From: Macrostomum lignano | Lineage: Eukaryota | Length of the DNA stretch: 64,000 nucleotides | Direction: 5' to 3' | NCBI GenBank assembly: GCA_002269645.1 | Contig: NIVC01001519.1 | Coordinates: 62,001 to 126,000, forward strand | In this document: positions 45,201 through 55,400 of the stretch, in pieces | How the letters are laid out: every line of letters begins with the position of its first letter | Numbering within the stretch: the stretch's first letter is position 1 | Made by a program: the position numbers and the translations under genes | Notes under the pieces: generated by a model | Database searches by the model: none | The model's input: only the letters and a program-made list of their open reading frames with translations | Told to the model about the DNA's origin: nothing

Positions 45201-46980
45201 AGCGGTGCGAGATAGCATCAACAAACGAAGCCAACAGGATCCAGGATGGACCGCTTTGATGGCTAGCGCCTGGAATGATGATGAAAGTACTTGTAAGCTG
45301 CTGCTAGATCGAGGCGCGGATCCCAATGTCACGGAGCAAAAGCTTGGCATCACAGCGCTGCACATCGCGGTGCAGCAGAACAGCCGTCGGGTTGCCAAAG
45401 TCCTCTTGGACCAGAAGTCCATCGGCCTCAATGCCAGGAGCAAAGACAATCGGACTCCGCTGATTCGAGCAGCTTGGCTTAACCATATGGACATCGCCAA
45501 GCAACTGTTAGACCGGCATGCCAGCGTCAACGCCCAAGAAATTGATGGATTCAGCGCGCTGCACTTTTGCGCCCAAGAAAATCTGCTGGAGCTAGCGAAA
45601 CTGTTGATCAGTCACGATGCCGACCTGGAACTGCAGACAAGCTCTAAGAAGAACTGCAACACCGCTTTCACCCTAGCCGCGGTAAAGGGCCACACGGACA
45701 TGCTGGAACTGCTAGCCAATGTTGGGGCCGATATCTACTACAAGAGCTCGCAGGGCGACGCCATGGATCTGGCCAAGCGGGCGAAGAGAACCGCGGCTAT
45801 TGAGATGCTGGTCAAGCTCGACAGGCAGCGAAAATGCAGCTGGGAGGCCGCTACGGCGCCAATACCGTCAAGGTTAGATAGCTTTTACAAACGAGGAGAG
45901 TACCTCGTTGCTCATTCATTTTTAGATTTTTATGCAATCCAGCTCGTATCGTGAGGTCATATTTTCTCAGTTTTATAAGAAATAAATTTTGCTTGGCTGA
46001 ATTTTTAAAATCTTCCTCATTATCTGTATCTCTGTCTAATTTTTTACAGCAGCACCACCAGCAATGAGACAGCAGGAGTCAAGATGCAGCTTGACGCTGG
46101 GAGTGCTCAGGTAGCTGAAGTACCTTCAGTGGAGATGGACAGTTCGAACTTGAACTCCAGTGTTGTGCCGCCTATATGCGGCTACTAGTACTGCATGCGC
46201 TCCAATCCGCGTGGAATGTGCGTCATCATCAACAATGAGCAGTTCTCAGGCGAATGTGAATCTCGACCCGGCTCAAGGAAAGATGTAGCCAGTCTGGAGC
46301 GACTGTTTAAGGACACACTCAAGTTTCGGGTTCAAGTCCACCAGAATCTGGACGCGTGCGACATTCTCGCCCTGATGCGATCGCTAGCTGCCCGCGATCG
46401 TCACACGAAATTTGACTGTTTCGTTGCTTTCATCATGTCGCACGGTGAATACGACCGCGTTCTTGGCTGCGACGGCGAGTGGGTCGCCCTAGATGACATG
46501 TTCGCGCCATTCTACTGCTGTGACTCTCTGCAGCAGAAGCCGAAGCTGTTCTTCCTACAGGCCTGTCGGCCTCTCGGCGTCGGCGCCAGCGTGACAGCCG
46601 AGTCAAACGTCGACCAGCCGGTGTCGTCTGTTGGAAGCAACAACAGCAGTCCAAGCAATTTCGATGCCTCCAACAGGCGGTTAAACAGACAACTCTCCGA
46701 GAAGCTTGACTTTCTATTTGCCTACTCGGTGACTAGGGGTGACTACGCTCTGAGATGCCCGACGACAGGAAGTATTTACATACAAAAATTGTGTGAAGTG
46801 TTCAGAGAAAACTACAAGACTCATCACCTCTGCACTATGCTTAATATGGTGCGCCAAACGCTGGGTCGCCTCCCGATGTACGTCAATCAGCAACCCCAGG
46901 AGCCCATGTTTAACTTGCCATCCGAGACCACGCAGCTGCGGGGCGAAGTCTGGTTTAAGGATCTGGAGAACGACCAATAG
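42287..46980 (+). CDS. Ankyrin-repeat-caspase fusion protein; exons 42287-43152, 44230-44859, 45096-45872, 46050-46110, 46189-46980 (~1041 aa)
   Basis: Three ANK blocks (TALxxA/TPLxxA..GH..LL..GA) joined by phase-2 introns with donors GTGAGT (43153), GTAAGA (44860), GTTAGA (45873) and pyrimidine-rich CAG acceptors. Caspase domain with PRGMCVIINN, RPGSRKD, IMSHG, KPKLFFLQACR, DFLFAYS, GSIYIQKL. Total 3126 nt, in frame. Confidence 0.8.
43262..43670. repeat. 62-bp minisatellite in ANK-caspase intron 1
   Basis: Tandem GAGCAATAATTGATTCTTTCAGTGGGCAATTATCGATTCTCTCGGTCGGTGGGCAATCACTG. Confidence 0.92.
43763..43880 (+). pseudogene. hAT-like transposase fragment
   Basis: Translates ..FTDELAEVIPVAFPDSKIAENYACARTKTNYLIC, resembling the FPDS.IA..F.C.RTK motif of hAT-type transposases as recalled. 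Confidence 0.5.
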
Positions 46981-47379
46981 CAGCTCTAATTGTCTGGAGT
47001 TCCAGGATGATATCACTTTAAACAACAGTCTGAAGTTTGTGTGGGGTTTGTGTTCTTTTAAACATACCGAATTTCATGCAGTTCCGTTCCGCTAAAATCA
47101 CGTGAATAATTTTTACAATAGCAATGGCCAACCAAATATTGATTGATATATATTGCCAATTGTACAAAATCTTAATTCAACTTTTTTACTCAACCTTCAT
47201 CTGAATGTCAAATTACTCGTATATGGTGCTATTCACAGTAATATTTTATAGTTTAATAGTAATAATAATATAATTGATTACACCTGCCTCAATTTGGCCA
47301 GATGTGCAACCGAGAGCTCATTGCAGCTGCTATATTGCGCGGCGCATCTGAAGGCTAAGTACGTCTGTTCAGTCCAAGG

Positions 47380-47566
47380 ACTGGGGGGTCGTCACACACA
47401 CCCTCAATTACCCCAGCTAATGCTGGCACCCATTTTACAGCTGGGTGAACTGAAGCAATGCAGAGTTAAGTGTCTTGCTCAAGGACACAAATTGTTCCGA
47501 GTGGGATCGGGAATCGAACCCCCGACCTTCAAGTCGGAAGTCCGACGCTCTAACCAATAGGCTACA
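47380..47566 (-). mobile_element. tRNA-derived SINE with a CORE-like central domain
   Basis: Minus strand: A-box TAGCCTATTGG, B-box GGTTCGATTCC, then TTGTGTCCTTGAGCAAGACACTTAACTCTGCATTGCTTCAGTTCACCCAGCTGTAAAATGGG, similar to the MIR CORE as recalled. Confidence 0.8.
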
Positions 47567-48169
47567 ATCTCCTTAATTCTGTAGCTCGGGTGGATCGGGT
47601 GGCAGGTGACTCGCTGCCTGCAGCAGCTCAAGGGGCGGCTCAACAGCGTGGAGCAGCAGAAAAACCTCATTGACAGTAGTTGCCAGCGATGTCGGAACAT
47701 ATTTCAAAGTGGGGAGCTATTGGTGGGAGGGCACATTGCCCATGATTTTTTAATCTAAGAACACCCAAACTCCTGCTGTTATGTCAGTTTGTGACATTAG
47801 TTGTGACAACCAGACCAATATTCAATTCTGTGTTGGAAGTGGCCAAAAGTCTGAAAAATGTTCGAATTTTCAACTAATTCAAACATTGCGCAACTGCACT
47901 GCACTATCAATTTATTTAGTAAATATCTCAAATGAATGAAATTTGCCAGGGCAAGACCAGTAGTTTTCTGGATCTCTTGCCTGCCTCCTGCCTGGCTGCC
48001 TGCCTCTTGGCGTTGTCTTTTTATTATTTTATCTGACGGCATTTCAGTGCTTTTATTTGCAGTACCCTGAGGACCAAATGTGGCCCGAAAAGCCTCTCTA
48101 TCCGGCACTTGGGTCCTTTGAATCTTCACAATAGCAATCCTGCCCGCTCGATGTTTGTGTCTTCTCAGC

Positions 48170-48390
48170 TCTCTTCTCTCATCTCTCTTCTCATGTTCTC
48201 CTGTTCTCTCCTCTCCTGTCCTCACCTCTCTCCTCTACTCTCCTCTCCTCTCATCTTCTCACCTCTCTCCTCTCCTTTCCTCTCATCTCCTCACCTCTCT
48301 CCTCTCCTCGCCTCTCCTCTCCTCACCTCTCTCCTCTCCTCTCATCTCCTCTCCTCTCCTCTCCTCTCATCTCACCTCTCTCCTCTCCTG
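48170..48390. repeat. CT-rich low-complexity microsatellite
   Basis: (CTCCT/CTCT)n. Confidence 0.9.
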
Positions 48391-48403
48391 TTGATCATCT
48401 CAA

Positions 48404-48643
<240 letters not shown>

Positions 48644-49459
48644 TTCATATAAGTGCATATATACTAGTCCTTGTCCATAACTTGGAGTCTATTTCGTATC
48701 AATCCGGATATTAACTTTTCTATGAAATTCTTTATTTTTAATAAGTAAAAAATTTTTTTCGCTCAAGACACAAAATGGAAACTGTTTATTAGCCGGTATA
48801 ACTCGACCTGTATTTAGCTTGCAATCACTTAGATTCATAAACTTATTAGAATTTGAGTTTGTAAACACCTTTTGTTAAAACGTTTGGTTTGAGCTTTTCG
48901 TACAGTCAGTATGAATTAACAACTAGTAGAGAAAATTTAACAGCTAATATTCGGATACGTAATTGTGAACACAGTGGCTATTCGCATGGTAGTCCTCATT
49001 GCTCTATTCTAATGTAAAAACGGTTTCATTAAAACAAAAGTTAGTCTAAAAATCCTTGAAGCCGCTTAATTACTTGAATGTTATTTTTTTCAAATACAAA
49101 AAATTCACTAGTTTCTCAAATTAGGTATTTTTAATATGCTAAGTTATGTAGTTCGTAATTGAATGTCTACAATTTTTAATGCGAATTTTCTTCGGTTGTA
49201 GGACTACCGTACGAATATTCACAATCTTGAGTGAAACAGCATGAAAAAAATATTAATAAAACGTTTAAAATAATAAAAATATGGCTCATAGGAAAGTAAG
49301 GGATAGTAATTTCAATATTATATTAACTGACGAAGAAGTGCATTTTGATTCTGCAAAATTGATTTCTTTTCGTATCACCGATTTTAACTGTGAGCGTTTT
49401 CATAAATCTTTAAAAAGTTGTTGCTACTTGAACAATCACCATAAATCAATCCGAGACAG

Positions 49460-52400
49460 CTAGTTCTTCTTAGCCACGGACTTGGTCGAGTCTCGCAGTT
49501 TCCTGCGACTCCCATAATTGCCTTCGTTTTCGCATTTTGGCGTCGGCGTGCTCACTTCGTCGCGGCCCGGCCTTGGGAAATTGTGATAGACGGGCACCTC
49601 GGCGGATGACGGACCATCGCCCGCGGTCCACTGGTCATAGCCTGTCGTGTTGTCTCTCATTATGTCTTGAATTCCGACTACGCTGACGTTGGACGAATTT
49701 AGATCCACTCTAGTGTGCCTGTTAACAGTGCCGCAGCACAGCATCGCTATGGCAGCCCCTCGGAACTCCCAGTTTAGCAAGCCGAGACAGAGTAGGACAA
49801 AGAATCCTTGACAAGCGTTCAGAATGACGAAAACGTACTGCACGGGTAGGGTGTACCATAGAGTCTGCGGAACAGCGAACAGCCAGGCGGCGGTCAGTAG
49901 TGGCGCCAGCAAGGCGCACTCGTGCGACTGGTGCTTAAGCTCGGTTTGAATATCGCGTCGCTTGATAGCCTGCTGGCTGAGGTTGCACAAGACTATCAGA
50001 GTGACCAAAATTGACAGTAGGCCAAACAGTAGCAGCGGTCCCAGGAATGACCAAATATAGATACCATCCAGCCAGCACTGGGGGCCGTAGCCAAACGACT
50101 GAAAGTTGACCCCGGCGACAACGGCCACAATAACCACGGGAAGGATCCATGCTATTGGAAGAAGCCATTTCAATCGACCGATAATGACGCCTTTGACTAC
50201 AGCGTGGAACAGCCAAATTGATGCGGCTAGCAGCATCGCTAGGCCAGCGACAAAGAACAGATGCATAACAATAGAAACCGCCTTGCAAAATTCGTCGCTT
50301 TGTTTTGCTATTCCAGTCAGTAGAAAGCTTAGCTGACCAATGAAAATTGCTCCGGCAAGGTTCAGATACAGAATGTACAGTTCATTGTGCAGCTTTTTGT
50401 CGCGAGCAACAATTATTATAAAGAAGATCAGACACAAGAGCGAAATTCCCGTGAGAATGTACTTCAAGTAAGCTAGAATTATCTCGTGTATGTTGTTGTC
50501 GTATTCAGGCGCAGGTTGCATCAGCACTGCAAAGCTAGTCAGGTGGTTACAGCTGCATGTTACGCTTTTCTCGTCCTCGTACAGCTTGACACAGCCTTCG
50601 GTTGACCACATGCCTCTGCCGAAGGCTGAGCCACTAGCCTTTCTTGGGTCCCAGAAGACGCATCGAGTTTCAAGCTGCATTTCTTCTTTATTAATTTGAC
50701 TTTTTATGTTAGGCACAAACAATTGTAGAGTTAAATTTACAGGCTGCTCCATTTTCCTTGTCATTGCAACGGGAATGCTAGTTTTAATGGATACTACTCG
50801 ACTGTTGACGACTAGCACAATGCTACCGTTTGTAGCACTAGATAAGACGGTTTCATTCGTAGCAACGTTAGGGAGCAGGTCGCTAACCTGATTATAAACA
50901 ACGCAGGCAACTTTGACTTCAGTTCCAGCCTGTGTTAGACTAGTAAATAAGCTGATAGGAAGGAGCACGGTGTCGGTTGACTGCATCCACAGGCTGTGGG
51001 TTTGTTCCGTATAGCGCAGTGCGTCAACTGGGCGATCAATGCAGCTCGAGCTAATTAGTTGAGTGCTCCAGTGCATCAGACCCTGTGTAAAGGTCACAGA
51101 AGAGCAGGCGGTGGGCAGCTGGCCAGCGAGACGGAGTGCCAGAGACTCGATTGGGCCAAGCATCGCTGCTGGATTGAGCTTTCCAGAGTTGATCTGAGGT
51201 CGGAGTTGGTCCGCAAACTTTTTCTGCATCACGGCACTGAATGCTCGACTAAATGAGCGCAAACTAGTGGCCAATGACTCGTTGCTGGTTCCGTCTGATT
51301 TTACTTTTAAGTTTGCCGTAATGCGACTCAGAATATCAAACGCTGACTGAGCGAATTCGACACTCGTTCCTTTGGCATCCGCAGTACCAGCTATCACTTC
51401 GCAAGCGGAATCGGCCTCAGACTGGACTGAAAACCTACGACTTGAGTTGGCAATACTTGCGATATTGTCAAATTTATCGTCTTGGCATATTCCATAGATG
51501 TAAACGCTTTGACAGCTGCCCACAATGCAGGTTGTAAGCAGGCTATCCAGTTCAGTGGCGCAGTTACCTGTAAGCAGCTTCTTGTTCTTGGGCGGGTCCA
51601 GGCAATCAATCGGCGGTTCGTTCCAAAATACCAGATCGCTCATCAGCATAACTGCAGAAGGTGAGCCAAGCACAGCATTTGAAACTGTGGATGGCGCTAA
51701 ATTCTCGCTACTGAACTGAGTCGACGCCACGACTTGGACGCCATTCAAATAGAGTTCGACGACTGCCTTAGTAACACTAACTGCCAAGTTGAACCAGGAT
51801 CTAGTATGAATCTGCTGCTCAATAGAGCTGTCTCCAAGAGTGACTTGAGAAAGTTTTTCTGCAATACTCAGCTCCACACTAATTTTCACGATGTTTGAAG
51901 AAGCGGATTTCTTCTTTGCTCGAATGCGCAGCCCTTGGTTAGATGGATAGCCGGCCCGAAGAACATCCACGTACTCTTCCGTACCGATGGATTGAATCTG
52001 CAGCCAGAGCGATATTGTGAAGCCTTTAGGACAACCGGATCCAGAGAAGAGGCACACTTCAGTGCCCAAGTCAACAGATTCGGCTGCAACGAAGCGTCTA
52101 CTTCGATTGGCTTTATTTGCGTGGTTACTGTTTCCCGCAGAATGCATGGGAACATGAATGGTTTGCCTATCGTAGCAATTTGCGTCAAGATCTGTGGAAA
52201 GCTCGTCTGCACTGCCTAACGGCAAGTACTTCAGCATGATATCGCTAAAACAAGCGGCCGCTGCGTTTTTGCTCTTGTCATTGGGTCGGCCTAACAAGCC
52301 CGCTGTGTAGTTACCAATGTCATTATCTTCATTCCAACACAAAGTGCTTGCGTTTTCAAAATATGTAATAATGTAGTCATCGGCTTTAAGTAGTATACTG

Positions 52401-55400
52401 GCACTGGCGTACCAGAATACCTGCAGTGACACCCAGGTTGAGTAGTTAAATGGCGCCGAGGCTGTACAAGTTCTGTTAGGACTGCGAACTGTGACTTGAA
52501 CAAAAGCATCGCGAGTCAAGGCCACCGCTGTACCAATCGAGCCCGGGTTCTGACCACCTGTGCTAAATAGGTAAGCGGTATCTTCAGTTTTTGGCATAGT
52601 TGGCTTCATTACTAGCGTTAAAATGTACGACTTGCAATTCGAGGTATTGTAAAGACAGCTGTCTTGCGAGTTCTCCATAATAACATATGAGCCTCCTGTG
52701 CCAAGGGTGCACAGAGCTCCGTTTTCAGTGCCGTATTTGTCCGGGCCAAAGTCTGTGTTAACACCGTGCAAAGATTTTGGCTGGAGCTTTGACCACAGAC
52801 CCGCGACTGTCCAGTAGTCGTCAGCCAGGCGCAGAAGATCGTACTGGCTGCTTTGAATACCAAGAACGAGATTGCTTTGACTGCTCGTCAGGAGCTCCTT
52901 GTACCAGGCAGCAACTATAAACAGCAAGAATGAATCTCCTAGAGCGGCTGACGGATCCACCAATTTTCCCACAGTTAGTGCTCCAGCTGCAGTGCTGTCT
53001 CTGAACGTCCCACCAGATTCTCTGTACTCAAGACTGATGCTCACATTAGTACCATTAAGAATAATTGTAGGAAAGAAATTATCCTTTGAGAGAAGCAGAG
53101 CTACATTAGACCACCGATTGAGGCGCATCTTTACGTTGGATTTGGTCACCATTTTAGCAGTCCAGCCGGCTAGTTTGACCCAAGCTGCTAAGCTACCATC
53201 AGCGCTGATGTTCATTCCGAATCCTTCAAACGGATCGGCTTCATTGCCCATTGAAATTATTGTTAGGTCCGCTCCACTGTCCTTGCTGAGAAGCTTCATC
53301 CACAGAGTTACAATTACTTGTTTCCTGCAGGAGCTCAATCGCCTTGGGCATTCTTCGGCCCGGAATGCTTTAATGCCTACCTGTCCGTTGGTTCCGATCT
53401 TAGAGAACTTGGCTTCATAGCTGCTGACATTGCCAACTGGACCGATCGGCGTCGAGAGCAGTTTAGCCTGCTTTAACAGAAGGAATTCGGTGTCTATGAT
53501 CGCTTGGCCCCACGAAATCAAGTCAGAATCAATGTAGTAGCGGTTATTTAAGCTGCCAACAGACATTGCGAACTCCTCCGGGGTCATCCACCTGTCGTAG
53601 AAGACTATATCAGTAAATGAAAAATTGCCCATAAACCAGTCAGGATTGTCCTTCCAAGTGCTGTTCTGATCGTTGTCAAACCTGCCAACCACAGCTCGGA
53701 TGTGCTTATCGTAAGCCTTGTAACTGATGTCTGGCTGCAAATTGCGAATGCCGTAATCAGTACCATTTAAAAAGAACCGCATGCCCTGCTGTAAGTTCCA
53801 AGTAAAGCCAACATTGAACCACTCGTTCAAACCGAATCGATTGGCGTCGATTACAATAGTCCAATCTTGCCTGTCAATAGAGATTGACGCGCCTAGCAGA
53901 TTGCCTGTGGTAAATATGCTGATGCCTCTCGAGTCGAACGCTGAGGATCTGGACTCGCCAAAGTCGCCAGAGTTTAAAATGAACTGCATCTTCGAGGGAT
54001 TTACACTTTTTATATTCACCCATGCGTGCACAGTGAGACCGCTGATTTGGCAATCGCGCTGATACGGATCCGTGATGCACTTGCCAGACCAACTGATTGA
54101 ATTCTCGGTTGGTCTCAACTGAATGTCACTTCCCAGGAAGAACTGACCTAGCCAGTTAGAGTTCAGTCGGGCTATCATGGATTTATTGAATCTGTCTATT
54201 TCAAGCGTAATGGCAGAGTCGAACACGTTACGGAAGTTGAAGTAATAAAGCGATTTTAGGCTGTAGTTCTTCGTGTCCTTCAAAATAAGACTGTCGCCAG
54301 TGATTTCGGGATCCGTTGACCAATAAAGGGTAGCGTTGTGCACGTATCTAAACTGGTCGCGAGTGTAGCCCAGGAAGCGATGCGATTCAAAATCTTCGAG
54401 CGGTCGAAACCAAAAAACAAGATGGTTCAGAACGACTCCAGCCGGAGTTGGGCCACCTCCGACAGCCGAACCAATTGTGATGCTTTCGTTGAAGGTGGCA
54501 GCGATAGTTGTCGATGCATCAGATGCTGTAGCGCCGCATTGTACTCCGTTGACGTACAGCGTCAGTGACGGTGCAAGGCCTCGCTGGTCATAAATGAGAC
54601 CAATGTTGGTCCACTGCTGATTGGTGATCGGACAGCCAACAGACCTGCTTCCAGCTTTTGCTAGCAGTGACACAGACCCAGACGCACTGCTCAGTCTAAG
54701 CGAGATAATGTTGAACCTCAAAAACTCGGTATCGCCACTGGGTAGCGACTGAGTTACTTGCAACCAAATCGACACCGAAATTCCATTGGAACAGGGTGAC
54801 CCGGAAATTACGCAACTGTTACCAAGACTACCTACTTGTAGACTGGCTAGGTTGTTCTGAATGAGAAAGACAGCCTCCATTGCATCACCTCGCTGCAAGT
54901 TCGTGACCGTGACATTTGAGCTAGCCGTCTCTGGAGCCAACGCGCCCATGCCAACTCCGGCACGCAGGTAGAAGCCCGCCATCTCGTAGTATGGATTTGG
55001 GCCAGTGGTTGCGTAAGTAAAACGTTTCAAAATTGTCGAGTAGGCAAAGCTTGGTGCGCTGGGACTCGTTGGTTGAGGCGTGCTGACGACAGGCTGGTAC
55101 TTGATCAGCTTGTAAACTGCAAGCGCATAATTGTTAAGGCAGAATGTTTTTAGCCAAAGTCGAAATTTATAAAAGAAAATTAAATAGCTTGCCACTGAAA
55201 TCTAGCTTGACGTGATTTCAACAAGTATTTTCATAGTCTTTATCGTATTTTGCCTAAGTATATGTTTTAGTGTGAGCATTAGTGACTCTATATTTGTCTC
55301 CGTTTTGGCTTGCTCACTTAGTTTTAGACTTCGTGTAGCTATTTTAGATTTGACTTAGTGTTCTGTCGGTCTTTGTTTCTGTCTTAATCTGTTTTATAAC

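Noticed and set aside
47490-47566. tRNA gene
   Set aside because: The anticodon and acceptor stems do not pair properly, and the sequence continues into a CORE-like SINE body.
49722-54568. Many short overlapping ORFs on both strands in this interval
   Set aside because: They are alternative-frame or antisense shadows of the adhesion GPCR exon.
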